DNA from: Thermoleophilales bacterium
Lineage (GTDB): Bacteria; Actinomycetota; Thermoleophilia; Solirubrobacterales; 70-9
Assembly: GCA_020636955.1 (NCBI GenBank)
Contig: JACJWY010000010.1
Span: forward strand, 20,716 to 84,715
Direction of reading: 5' to 3'
Length of the DNA stretch: 64,000 bases
The position numbers and the translations under genes were made by a program. Each line of letters starts with the position of its first letter. Position 1 is the stretch's first letter. Below, one piece after another: positions 51,060-60,499 of this stretch. A model generated the notes under the pieces. That model saw nothing but the letters and a program-made list of their open reading frames with translations. It did not search any database and was not told the origin of the DNA.

Positions 51060-53786
51060 TCATCGCTTCCGACGCTTGGCCGCCTTCAGGGTCAGCTTCT
51101 TCGCCTTGACACCCGTGCCGGAGACCGATGTCTTCAGGCCACGCTTGCCGGCCTTGGATATGGCCTTCTTGGCAGCTTTGCTGAGCCTGACAGTCAGCTT
51201 CGACTTCTTGCCCTTGGCCAGGGTGAACTTCTTTGAACCGATGGTCTTCGGCTTCTTCTTCTTGACCACCTTCGCCTTCAACACGACCTTGCCCGAGCAC
51301 TTGCCGGCTCCCGAGCACCGCACCGAGAGCGTGACCTTGCCGGATTTGACCTTGCCGGCGCCGCTCACGACCAGCTTCCCGACCTTGGGTTCGGGCTTGT
51401 GTTCTTCGGCCTTGGTGCAGTCGAGTCGGAGGTCGATGTCGGTCACGGGCGGAGGGATCTTGTAGACCTGGGTGTCGACGAAGGTCGCCGACCCGCCCGG
51501 CGCATGACAGCCTTCCTTCTCGACCCGGACCTTGTAGTAGCCGGCGTTTACGTCCCAGCCGAAGTGACCCTTCGAGTCGGTCAAGTCCGGATTGGTGCGA
51601 TTCGATGGTGACATCACCGCGCTTCCGTTCGGAACCGCGCCGAAGGTACCGCCGGCGGTGTCGGACCGCATCAGTGTCACCTTGGCCCCGTCGATTGCCT
51701 TGCCTTCGGTGTCGTGAACGAAGCCGCTCGGATCGATGTAGATGTCGAATGCGACTTCTTCCTGACTGTCATCGGGGCAGCTGATCGTGTAGGTAATCCG
51801 CGCGTAGCCGTGGTTGGGCGAGAACGGTGGCACGGTTGCCGTAAACGCACCCGAACCGGACGGGGTCATCGGCCCCTGTGCAATCACGCTGACGATCGGC
51901 GAGCCCTGGGTGACCGTGTACTGGACCGACTCCGCGGCGCAGGTGGGCGTCACGCTGAGCTGGTACGGATCTTCCCAGTAGAGCAGCGGCACCCCGTCGT
52001 CGGTGGTCGGTGCCTTTCCGCCTCCAGGCCCCGTGACACCAACGTCACTGCCAGGCTTCAGCAGGTCGCTCAGCTCGAAGTTCTGGGTTATCAGACCCCC
52101 GTAGCTGAGGACCACCGTGCTCGTCGCCGGGGGCAGGTCCGCCTGGTCGCCAGCCGGATTCGGCCTGGCCTGGACGGTGTAGTTGCCAGCGAGAAGACCA
52201 TCGAACGCATAGTTTCCGTCTTCGTCGGTGGTCGTGGTGCTGCAGGCTCCGCCCCCATCCGGGCAGGCCGACACCTGGGCCTGGCTATCGACGCCCGACG
52301 TTTCGGTCGAGGCACGGTCCCAGGCAACATTGCCTCTGATCGTGCCGCAGCTGCGAGGCACCGTCACCGAGCGTTCCACATGTCGTTCGCCACCGGCCGA
52401 ATCGCTGCCGGCGAAATCCCCGAAGACGTCATACGTGTACGTCTTGCTCTCGGTGCAGAGCGGATCGGGGGCCCGGAGTGTCCACTCGGTACCCGGGTTG
52501 TTTGCCGAGTTCGCGCCGAGCGGACCGGTATTGACCGGACTTGACCCACCGACCAGGGTGAGGCCCGCCCCGGGCACTACCCGAAGCTGGCTTGACGCGA
52601 TGTCGGTATCGCCCGTGTTCTTCAGGTTGGCCGCCACGGTGAAGTCCTTCTGAGCGGCCGCGAGGCGGTTAGGTGCGGTAGTGGCAAGCGTGACCGGCGG
52701 GCGGGCATCCTCCGACGATCCCCCTCCCCCGACTCCCGAGAAGGCGAAGATGAACGTGTTCGGCGTTCCCAGGGAAGGACCGTCATCGGTTGACGGCTCA
52801 CCGAGAGACCAGACTTCCGCCTGGGCCTTGCCGACCGCCGAAATCGCATCCGTCTCAGTCGGGCCGGCACCGTAGAAGATGCTGAACGAGCGGGTTTCCA
52901 GAGCCGGCAGGGAGCCGAACCCGAAGTCGAAGAGCGCCCCGTGATCTTCCGGTCCGGAATCGGTGAAGAAGCCGGAGGCGATTATGTCCGAGGGTCCGTC
53001 GAGCGGATTTCCGGAAGCGAAACCGTCATCGCTGGTGTACCTGAGGAATTCCGAGGTCGCGTCACCGTCGATAGTCACATATTCCGAGAATGCAGTCGGC
53101 TCGATATCCCAGTCCATCACGCGCCGGTAAAGGAGATCCTTGATCGGGGTTCCGGTCAGGTTTTCGATTGACACATTGACCCGGTAGAGGTTTGGACTGC
53201 CGGAGAACGGCTCGAACTCATGGGTCACCCGCATGACGGGGGTCTGGCCGTCTTCGCCGCCCAGGACGTCGACCACCGAAGTGGCAGTGGAAGCGGTCGA
53301 GGTGAAGTCGACCACTCGCAGCTGGTCCGGTCCCCCGTAGTCCTCGTTCGCCGTTCCGTAAACGCCCACGTTGGGACCGTCGCCATCCGCGGGCCCCGAG
53401 GCCACTCCCCAGCCTTCACAGAGGCAACCCGGCGAAGTGGAGTCGGCGTTGGTGGGCATGTACCGCAGGCCGACCACCTTGGTCCCCTCGCCTGAAGACG
53501 GAGTTCCCCCGCCGGCGTTGAGATCACCGGCGGGCATCACGCCGAGCTGCACGGTCCCGTTGTCGATGATCGCGTTGTCCGGATAGGCCGCCGCTCTCGC
53601 GGTGATGAAGTCCGCGGCCGTATGTCCGCCGCCTCCACCCACTTCGGCTGCCTCGTTCCGGTTCAGATCCGATGACGTAGCAACCGATCCTTCGTCGGCA
53701 AGCAATACGAATCCGACCAGAAGAAACAGAACCCCCATTCCGGCCAGCAGAAAACGGACCGAACGTGCACTACCCCCAACTCCCAT
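51060..53786 (-). CDS. Large secreted/surface protein (908 aa): unknown N-terminal domain, CARDB-like and carboxypeptidase-regulatory-like (SdrD-B-like) domains, Lys-rich Cys-pair C-terminal module
   Basis: A strong AAGGAGGGG lies 6 nt before the ATG. TM/signal segment is FLLAGMGVLFLLVGFVLL. Motifs include DEDGNYAFDGLLAGNYTVQA and DSKGHFGWDVNAGYYKVRVEKEG. The C-terminus is VTLSVRCSGAGKCSGKVVLKAKVVKKKK... Confidence 0.72.
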   Translation of the reverse strand: MGVGGSARSVRFLLAGMGVLFLLVGFVLLADEGSVATSSDLNRNEAAEVGGGGGHTAADFITARAAAYPDNAIIDNGTVQLGVMPAGDLNAGGGTPSSGEGTKVVGLRYMPTNADSTSPGCLCEGWGVASGPADGDGPNVGVYGTANEDYGGPDQLRVVDFTSTASTATSVVDVLGGEDGQTPVMRVTHEFEPFSGSPNLYRVNVSIENLTGTPIKDLLYRRVMDWDIEPTAFSEYVTIDGDATSEFLRYTSDDGFASGNPLDGPSDIIASGFFTDSGPEDHGALFDFGFGSLPALETRSFSIFYGAGPTETDAISAVGKAQAEVWSLGEPSTDDGPSLGTPNTFIFAFSGVGGGGSSEDARPPVTLATTAPNRLAAAQKDFTVAANLKNTGDTDIASSQLRVVPGAGLTLVGGSSPVNTGPLGANSANNPGTEWTLRAPDPLCTESKTYTYDVFGDFAGSDSAGGERHVERSVTVPRSCGTIRGNVAWDRASTETSGVDSQAQVSACPDGGGACSTTTTDEDGNYAFDGLLAGNYTVQARPNPAGDQADLPPATSTVVLSYGGLITQNFELSDLLKPGSDVGVTGPGGGKAPTTDDGVPLLYWEDPYQLSVTPTCAAESVQYTVTQGSPIVSVIAQGPMTPSGSGAFTATVPPFSPNHGYARITYTISCPDDSQEEVAFDIYIDPSGFVHDTEGKAIDGAKVTLMRSDTAGGTFGAVPNGSAVMSPSNRTNPDLTDSKGHFGWDVNAGYYKVRVEKEGCHAPGGSATFVDTQVYKIPPPVTDIDLRLDCTKAEEHKPEPKVGKLVVSGAGKVKSGKVTLSVRCSGAGKCSGKVVLKAKVVKKKKPKTIGSKKFTLAKGKKSKLTVRLSKAAKKAISKAGKRGLKTSVSGTGVKAKKLTLKAAKRRKR

Positions 53787-53838
53787 CGAAACCCCTCCTT
53801 GGAACTTCGCCAGTGGCTAAGTTAAACGCCTCATAAAG

Positions 53839-53854
53839 AGGCTGTTCGCAGCCT
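53839..53854 (-). terminator. Hairpin AGGCTG-(TTCG/CGAA)-CAGCCT downstream of rpmA, followed on the minus strand by CTTTAT
   Basis: Read directly. It separates rpmA from the promoter and RBS region of the 908-aa gene. Confidence 0.45.
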
Positions 53855-53928
53855 AACCGGTCTCCGGATCGAAGTCAACCGGGCAAAATGGTTTGTCCGG
53901 AAGGCCCGCCATCAGACCGGCCAGGGCA

Positions 53929-54183
53929 CTACTCGGCGGGAGTTACGGAAATGGTGCGGCCGCGGCGGCCGGGCTTGAATTCGACGGTGCCCGCACGGGT
54001 GGCGAAGATGGTGTGGTCACGGCCGAGCCCGGTGCCCTCGCCGGGCCAGAACCTAGTGCCGCGCTGGCGGACGATGATCTCGCCGCCGGAAACGCTTTCA
54101 CCGGCGAACACTTTCACCCCGAGCATCTTCGGGTTCGAGTCACGACCGTTCCGTGAGGATCCGAGTCCTTTCTTATGCGCCAT
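53929..54183 (-). CDS. rpmA: 50S ribosomal protein L27
   Basis: [24 protein letters not shown] is the canonical L27 N-terminus. Confidence 0.97.
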   Translation of the reverse strand: MAHKKGLGSSRNGRDSNPKMLGVKVFAGESVSGGEIIVRQRGTRFWPGEGTGLGRDHTIFATRAGTVEFKPGRRGRTISVTPAE

Positions 54184-54715
54184 CGGTGTCCTCCTTCTTG
54201 GCGGCGGGCTTCTTCGCCGCCGGCTTCCTGGCGGCCGGCTTCTTCTCGGCAGCCTTGGTCTCAGTCTTGGTTTCGGCCTTAGCCGCGGGCTTCTTCGCCG
54301 CAGGCTTCTTCGCCGGGGCCTTCTTCTCGGCTGTCTCCGCCTTGGCTTCCGCCTTCGGCTTCTCCTCGGCCTTGTCTTCGGCTGCCTTCTTCGGGGCAGC
54401 CTTCTTCGCGCCGCCGCCCAGAGAGGTCACTTCCAGCCTGGTCAACTCGGCCCGGTGGCCGGCCCGGCGGCTGTAGCCCTTCTTCGGCTTGTACTTGAAG
54501 ACCTTGATCTTGTCGCCGCGCAGATGCTCGGTGACGGTCGCCTCGATCTTGACCTTTTCGAGACCCTTCGCGTCAACGACGACTTCCTTGTCCTTGAACA
54601 TGACCGGCTTCAGAGCAACCTTGTCACCCTGCTCGGCCTTCAGGCGATCAACGACCAGCACCGTGCCCTTTTCGACCCGGTACTGCTTGCCACCACTTTC
54701 AACTACGGCGTACAT
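54173..54715 (-). CDS. rplU: 50S ribosomal protein L21 with an ~80-aa Lys/Ala-rich C-terminal extension
   Basis: [17 protein letters not shown] is the canonical L21 start. Residues from about 100 to 180 read [47 protein letters not shown]... Confidence 0.93.
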   Translation of the reverse strand: MYAVVESGGKQYRVEKGTVLVVDRLKAEQGDKVALKPVMFKDKEVVVDAKGLEKVKIEATVTEHLRGDKIKVFKYKPKKGYSRRAGHRAELTRLEVTSLGGGAKKAAPKKAAEDKAEEKPKAEAKAETAEKKAPAKKPAAKKPAAKAETKTETKAAEKKPAARKPAAKKPAAKKEDTDGA

Positions 54716-54788
54716 GTCTTGAACTCAAATCCTTGTCTGGTCTTCCGAGAAGCAAATCTTCTCAGCCTGAAATCGGCGGGACCGAGGA

Positions 54789-56810
54789 TCAACTGCCAGC
54801 GTCTTCCTTCTTCTTGCCACGCCGACGTCGTCCGCGCCTCAGGCCGAACGGGCCGGATTTTACCGGTTTGTCCCCGTTTTCACTTTTCGCGTCCCCTTTT
54901 GGCGCGGATTCGGCTTTCTGCTTCGGCTCGCCGCCGTTCTTCGCGGCGGGCGGGGACGGCTTCCCGCTGACCTTTTCCGCGTCCGGCTTCTTCTCCCCTG
55001 CGGGCTGCTGGCCGTTCTTCCGGGACGATCCGGACTTGCCCTGACCCGATCCGTTCTTCTTGCGGGGCTGGCTCTTTTTCGCCTCCTCGGGCTGGGCTTC
55101 TTCCGGCAGCAGCTCGGCCACGGCCGAGGCGCGCTCCACGGACTCGATCCGGACCATCTTCCGGGCACCAACGACATTGGCGGCTCCGGTGATCGAGATG
55201 ATGTACGAGTCGATCCGGGCGATCGCGTCGTCCGCGTTGTACATATGCGGCTCTTCGATCTTCACGAAGACCTCTTCGCCCGGGCGGAAGGGCAGCGCAC
55301 GCTCCTCGATCGCCGACCTCTCGCCCGACTCGATCAGTTCGAAGTTGTCGATGGCCAGTGCCTCGCCGCCCTCGAAATGGAATTGCTTTCCGGTCTCCTG
55401 TTCGAGTTCGGCCAGGCCGGAGTCGGAATCGTTCAGCAGCGCCGCCACCTTCGGATTCACGCGGATCAGAAACGCCTCGTCTTCACGGTGGTCGACTGCG
55501 ATCTCGTTCATCTTGCGGAGGCCTTCGAGTGCAACGGTTTCGGCCGAGAGGACAACCCCTTCACCGTCACAGGTCGGGCATTGGACGGTGAGGATTTCGC
55601 GCACCCCGTCGGTGATGTTCTGGCGGGTCATCTCGACCAGGCCCAGCGGCGAAATCTCGACCAGGTAGCTCTTCGACTTGTCGGCGTCGAGGGCTTCGCG
55701 CAGGGTGCCGAGCACCTTGTCGCGGTTCCTGCCTTTGGCCATGTCGATGAAGTCGATGACGATGATGCCGCCGATATCGCGCAACCTGAGCTGACGAACG
55801 ACTTCGGTCGCCGCCTCTGTGTTGACCTTGGTGATGGTTTCCTCGAGGCCGCCTTTACCGCGGCCGGTGAAGGATCCGGAGTTGACGTCGATCACGGTCA
55901 GCGCTTCGGTGTAGTCAATGATCAGATATCCGCCCGAGGGCAGGTCGATCCGCCGGCCCAGGGTCGAGTTGATCGCCTTCTCGATCTCCCACTTCTCGAA
56001 CAGTGGCTTTTTTCCCTGGTAATGCTCGACCCCTTCGACCAGTTCCGGCGCGGTGCGCTGGAAGAAGCTGGTCACCCGGTCGAACTGCTTCTGGTCGTCG
56101 ATGATCGCCTTGTCGAATTCGTTGAGGAAGACGTCGCGTAGCACCCGTACCGGCAGGTCCTGTTCCTGGAAGACCAGCGAAGGGGCCCTGGCACCCTTGC
56201 GGCGCTTCTCGAGGACATCATCGAGACGGTGCAGGTAGGCGATCTCCCGGGTGAAGTCAGCCTTTTTGGCGCCATGCGCGGCGGTGCGGACGATCAGGCC
56301 ACCCGGCCCGTCGTAGGTGCGGCTGACCATGCGGCGCAGGCGGTCGCGTTCCTTGTCGGCAAGCCGGCGGCTCACCCCCACCCCGGTGCCGTTCGGCGCA
56401 TAAACCAGGTAGCGGCCGGCGATGGTCACGTTCATCGAAAGGCGGGCGCCCTTCGACTTGATCGGATCCTTGATCACCTGGACCAGGATCTCCTGCTTCG
56501 GCTTGATCAGTTCGTCGATCCTGCGGCCCTGGCCGCGCCCGCGTCGCGGAGCCTGCTGGCCGTCGGGCAAGAGGATCTCGTCGACGTGCAGGAAGCCGTT
56601 GCGTTCCAGGCCGATGTCGACGAAAGCGGCTTCCATTCCGGGCAGGACGTTGTCGACCTTGCCCAGATAGATGTTTCCGACCAGGGAGCGGCCCCCCCGG
56701 CGTTCGATGTAGACCTCGGCGACCTCACGCTTTGACTTGACGGTCTTGGCCTCGAGTACGGCGACGCGGGTCTCGCCGCGGTCGGCCGATACAACAATCG
56801 TTTTTTTCAT
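54789..56810 (-). CDS. rne: Rne/Rng-family ribonuclease (RNase E/G) with a basic low-complexity C-terminal tail
   Basis: N-terminal S1 domain (GNIYLGKVDNVLPGMEAAFVDIG) and catalytic-core motifs (IIDYTEALTVIDVNSG, GIIVIDFIDM) are present. Confidence 0.93.
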   Translation of the reverse strand: MKKTIVVSADRGETRVAVLEAKTVKSKREVAEVYIERRGGRSLVGNIYLGKVDNVLPGMEAAFVDIGLERNGFLHVDEILLPDGQQAPRRGRGQGRRIDELIKPKQEILVQVIKDPIKSKGARLSMNVTIAGRYLVYAPNGTGVGVSRRLADKERDRLRRMVSRTYDGPGGLIVRTAAHGAKKADFTREIAYLHRLDDVLEKRRKGARAPSLVFQEQDLPVRVLRDVFLNEFDKAIIDDQKQFDRVTSFFQRTAPELVEGVEHYQGKKPLFEKWEIEKAINSTLGRRIDLPSGGYLIIDYTEALTVIDVNSGSFTGRGKGGLEETITKVNTEAATEVVRQLRLRDIGGIIVIDFIDMAKGRNRDKVLGTLREALDADKSKSYLVEISPLGLVEMTRQNITDGVREILTVQCPTCDGEGVVLSAETVALEGLRKMNEIAVDHREDEAFLIRVNPKVAALLNDSDSGLAELEQETGKQFHFEGGEALAIDNFELIESGERSAIEERALPFRPGEEVFVKIEEPHMYNADDAIARIDSYIISITGAANVVGARKMVRIESVERASAVAELLPEEAQPEEAKKSQPRKKNGSGQGKSGSSRKNGQQPAGEKKPDAEKVSGKPSPPAAKNGGEPKQKAESAPKGDAKSENGDKPVKSGPFGLRRGRRRRGKKKEDAGS

Positions 56811-56853
56811 TTTGTAAGTCGTTTTCCGTTCAGATTGGCTGCCCAGTGGATTC

Positions 56854-58041
56854 TCAGTCGATCCACGGACCCCTCTCTGCGGCGCGCGACTCGATGTGGA
56901 TGCTCTGCAGGACCCCGATCATCAGGAAGGTCGAAATGATCGCCGACCCTCCGTAACTCATCAACGGCAAGGGTATGCCGGTGATCGGCATGATGCCGAG
57001 GTTCATTCCCACGTTTACGAAGACCTGGAAGATGATCGCGGCGGCGATGCCTGCCGCAACCAGGGTTCCGTAGAAATTCTTCGAGAGCGTCATCAGACGC
57101 AGCGCCCGCCAGAAGAGCAGGGCAAAAAGGGATAAAACCAGCGCCGCGCCGACGAATCCGTAACGCTCGGCGACCACGGCAAAAATAAAGTCCGTGTGCC
57201 GTTCGGGGACGAATCCGAAGCGGGACTGGGTGGCCTGGTCGCCCCGGCCGGTGGTTCCACCGGCTCCGATTCCGACCTTGGCCTGATTCTGCTGATAGCC
57301 CGCGTCTCCGATATCGGAAGACGGGCTGAGGAACGAGGTGAGTCGTTCCTGCTGATACTCCTTGAGCACCGGCATCCCGGCCGCCGGAAGGGCGACCAGC
57401 ACGACGGCAACAAAAACTGCGAGGACGGCCCCGATCGCAGCCAGGTGCGACCAGCGAACGCCGGCCGCGACCATGATTGCGATCGTGATTGCCGCGAATA
57501 CCAGCGACGTGCCCAGATCCTGAAGCAGGACCAGGCCGGTCGGCAGCAAGCCGAGGCAAAGAATTCGGATCGTCCTCTGGATCTCGGAGCCCCTGCGGGC
57601 CCCGTCGATAACGAATCCGGCCAGAGCGATAATGAGCAACAGTTTGCCCAGTTCGGCCGGCTGGAAGGTGAAGAAGGGAAGTTCGAGCTGGTTGGTCGAC
57701 CCGCGTGCGGCCACGCCAAATGCGAACACCGCGAAAATCGAGGCGCACAGGAACGTGTAGATACCGACACGTAGTTCCCGGAAGCGGGAATAGTCAATGC
57801 GGGAGACGGCAATCATTCCGATGATTCCGACCAAACCATAAAGAGCCTGACGCTGGACGTATTCCTGGGGTGCGCCGGCGATCGAGGTTCCGGATGCCTC
57901 GTAGAGCGTGAAGAGTGAGCAGGCGAGCAGGCCCAGAGCCGAAAAGGCCAACCAACCGTCCATCCCGGCGAGACCGACCTTTTCGAGCAGGCCAAAGCCG
58001 GAGTTCGGCTCCCGACGCGGCAGCCGCGAGGACTCCATCAC
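56854..58041 (-). CDS. rodA: Peptidoglycan glycosyltransferase RodA (FtsW/RodA/SpoVE family)
   Basis: SEDS-family translation (FQPAELGKLLLII, PERHTDFIFA, GIPLPLMSYGGSA). It lies downstream of mrdA with a 4-nt overlap. Confidence 0.92.
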   Translation of the reverse strand: MMESSRLPRREPNSGFGLLEKVGLAGMDGWLAFSALGLLACSLFTLYEASGTSIAGAPQEYVQRQALYGLVGIIGMIAVSRIDYSRFRELRVGIYTFLCASIFAVFAFGVAARGSTNQLELPFFTFQPAELGKLLLIIALAGFVIDGARRGSEIQRTIRILCLGLLPTGLVLLQDLGTSLVFAAITIAIMVAAGVRWSHLAAIGAVLAVFVAVVLVALPAAGMPVLKEYQQERLTSFLSPSSDIGDAGYQQNQAKVGIGAGGTTGRGDQATQSRFGFVPERHTDFIFAVVAERYGFVGAALVLSLFALLFWRALRLMTLSKNFYGTLVAAGIAAAIIFQVFVNVGMNLGIMPITGIPLPLMSYGGSAIISTFLMIGVLQSIHIESRAAERGPWID

Positions 58042-59909
58042 TCCACGCTCCCGCTGCTACCGGAGACGGCCTCCGCCTTCTTGTGAAAATAAGCCTGTAG
58101 AACCTGCAGGGCGACCGGAGCGGCTGTATCGGCGCCGAAGCCGCCCTGCTCGACGGTGACCACCACCGCGATTTCCGGGTTCGGATACGGAGCCAGCACT
58201 GCGTACCAGGCCTGATCGGCCTCGCCGGTGCGCTCGGCAGTACCAGTCTTGCCGGCCACCTTTATCGGGAAGCCGCCGAACACCTTGTAGGAGGTGCCTT
58301 CCGGGCTCTGGGCGGCGTCGTGGAGGCCGGCCATGACCACGCTCCGGTCGGCCGGGTCGATCGGGATCGTGTTCTCCACCACCGGTTCGTTCTCGCCCAG
58401 AACCCGGCCCGCGGCGTCCTCGGTCTGAAGCATCAGCTCCGGTTTCAGCACCTTGCCGCCGTTACCCAGCGCCGCATAGGCCACCGCCAGCTGAAGGGGA
58501 CTTGCCTGAAAATAGCCCTGACCGATCGCGAGCTGGATGTTCTGGCCGATGACCCAGGGGTCGTAGTACTTCGGCTCCTGGGCATGGGCTTCGTTCAGCC
58601 ACTTCGGGCTCGGCACCAGACCGTCGGTCTCGCCGGGGATATCGATCCCGGTAGCCGTGCCGAAACCGAAGTCACCAGCCCAGTTCTGCAGCTGACGGCT
58701 GCCGTTCATGTCGGCTCCGAGCCGGTAGAAGTAGACGTCGGACGAAACCTCGAGAGCCCGCTGGAGGTCGACCGGTCCGTGGGCCTGCTTGCCCGCATTG
58801 TCGAACTCCTGGTCGGCGATCGTGATCGAGCCGGTGTCGTTGACCACGGTCGAAGGCGTGATGTAACCGCCGTCCAGAGCTGCCAGCGCAGTGAAGGGCT
58901 TGAAAGTGGAGCCGACCGCGTACTGGCCGCCAATCGCCCGGTCAAAGAGCGGCGCCCCGAGGTCTTCGTCATAGAGGTCGTCGACCTGCTTCTGGGTCAG
59001 CGGGTGCGTGAAGATCGAGGGGTCGAAGGTGGGATTCGAGCCGATGCCGAGTACCTGACCGTTGTTCACGTCCAGGGCGACGAAGGCTCCCGGGAGGCCG
59101 ATGCTCTGCAGCGAGGCTTCGCCCGCTTCCTGAACCTGCCGGTCGATCGTGAGCCTCACCGAATCTCCAGGCTTGGGCAAGGTCGACGGGAGCTGGCTGA
59201 CGATTCGCCCGGTCGAATCGACCTGCAGTCGGGTGTCTCCCGGCTCACCTCGCAACTGGTCATCGTAGGTCTGTTCGATACCAGTCTTGCCGAGCGTATC
59301 TCCGGCCCCCAGATCCTTGTCCGGGTTTTTCGCCAGGTCCTCCGCGGTTACTTCGCCGACACTGCCGAGCACATGCGCGGCCAGGAGCCCCTGGGGATAT
59401 TTGCGCACGAAGATGCGGTTTACCTGGACTTCCGGGAATTGGGCCTGGTGTTCCTGGAGGTAGTAGACGATGTCATCGGGCGTGTCCTGCTCGAGGGTTA
59501 CCGGGCTGCCCGGCGGATCGTTCTTCTTCGTTTCCTGGACTTTGTGCCGCACCCAGTCCGCGTCGTGGCCAAGCACCTTGCCGATACGCGAGTAAAGCGA
59601 CCGCCGTTCGGCAACCGAGGTGGGTATCTCGATCGGATCGAGCTGCAACGCCATGCTGGTCCGGTTATCGACGAGGACATGGCCCTCACGGTCGAGAATC
59701 GAGCCGCGCGGGGCGGGAACCCGGATTTCACGGGTCCGGTTCTGGTTGGCCTCGGCCAGGTACTTGTCTCCGGTGACGATCTGGAGCGACCAAAGCCGGA
59801 AGAACAGGATTCCGAGCAGGACAAGTCCCACCGCTCCGATCACCGCAAAGCGGCGCGACGGAAGGTTCCGTTTGGGGCCTGGTTTCGGGACTACGGGTTC
59901 AAATCTCAT
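58038..59909 (-). CDS. mrdA: Penicillin-binding protein 2 (elongasome transpeptidase)
   Basis: N-terminal TM segment and transpeptidase motifs STFKPF and KTGTAE are present. Confidence 0.93.
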   Translation of the reverse strand: MRFEPVVPKPGPKRNLPSRRFAVIGAVGLVLLGILFFRLWSLQIVTGDKYLAEANQNRTREIRVPAPRGSILDREGHVLVDNRTSMALQLDPIEIPTSVAERRSLYSRIGKVLGHDADWVRHKVQETKKNDPPGSPVTLEQDTPDDIVYYLQEHQAQFPEVQVNRIFVRKYPQGLLAAHVLGSVGEVTAEDLAKNPDKDLGAGDTLGKTGIEQTYDDQLRGEPGDTRLQVDSTGRIVSQLPSTLPKPGDSVRLTIDRQVQEAGEASLQSIGLPGAFVALDVNNGQVLGIGSNPTFDPSIFTHPLTQKQVDDLYDEDLGAPLFDRAIGGQYAVGSTFKPFTALAALDGGYITPSTVVNDTGSITIADQEFDNAGKQAHGPVDLQRALEVSSDVYFYRLGADMNGSRQLQNWAGDFGFGTATGIDIPGETDGLVPSPKWLNEAHAQEPKYYDPWVIGQNIQLAIGQGYFQASPLQLAVAYAALGNGGKVLKPELMLQTEDAAGRVLGENEPVVENTIPIDPADRSVVMAGLHDAAQSPEGTSYKVFGGFPIKVAGKTGTAERTGEADQAWYAVLAPYPNPEIAVVVTVEQGGFGADTAAPVALQVLQAYFHKKAEAVSGSSGSVE

Positions 59910-60499
59910 CGATATGCCTCAGGACCGTTGCCGGTCGGCGGTTCCAGATCGTCGGTCCACTGGTCCAGATCCACGGACCGCCGACGGGTGGCCGGCTCGT
60001 GAATCAGTGCTGGTCTCAGAACACGGTGGATCAGCGCATAGAGCGGAATCGCCAGCAAAACACCATAGAAGGCCTGAAGGATGAGGTCGGGAACCAGCGA
60101 CGGGCTGAGCGACGAATCAAAGTCGACCACGACGGTGTAGAGGCCAAGAGCAAGGTTGGAACCGAGGGTGGCCAGGCCAGCGGAGACCAGCACGGTGGGC
60201 CGATCGACGAAATCGCCCCGTTCCCGGTAGATCCCCGCGAGATAGCCGACCGCCATGAAAACGAGGCAGGCGCTACCCAGAGGACCGTCGGTCATCGCGT
60301 CCCCCAGGAAGCCGAAGGTAAATCCGACCGTCGCGCCGATCAGGCTCCCTCCAAGCAGGCCGAAGATCGCCGCGCAGGCGGGCAGAATCCACATCGAGGT
60401 GCCGAGCAGTTCAATCTGGGAGAAGAAGGCGACCTGCAGGATGGCGAGCAGGAGGATCAGGCCGACGATTCGGGCGGCGGTCCGCGTGGTGATGATCAT
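59906..60499 (-). CDS. mreD: Rod shape-determining protein MreD
   Basis: 197-aa multi-TM protein between mreC and mrdA, with 4-nt overlaps on both sides. Confidence 0.78.
   Translation of the reverse strand: MIITTRTAARIVGLILLLAILQVAFFSQIELLGTSMWILPACAAIFGLLGGSLIGATVGFTFGFLGDAMTDGPLGSACLVFMAVGYLAGIYRERGDFVDRPTVLVSAGLATLGSNLALGLYTVVVDFDSSLSPSLVPDLILQAFYGVLLAIPLYALIHRVLRPALIHEPATRRRSVDLDQWTDDLEPPTGNGPEAYR

Noticed and set aside
54176-54420. Short tandem DNA repeats that could suggest a CRISPR or VNTR array
   Set aside because: They are in-frame coding repeats of the Lys/Ala-rich L21 tail. There is no repeat-spacer periodicity and there are no cas genes.
58320-60002. 560-aa plus-strand ORF
   Set aside because: It is antisense to mrdA/mreD. 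Its composition is that of a GC-rich shadow frame.
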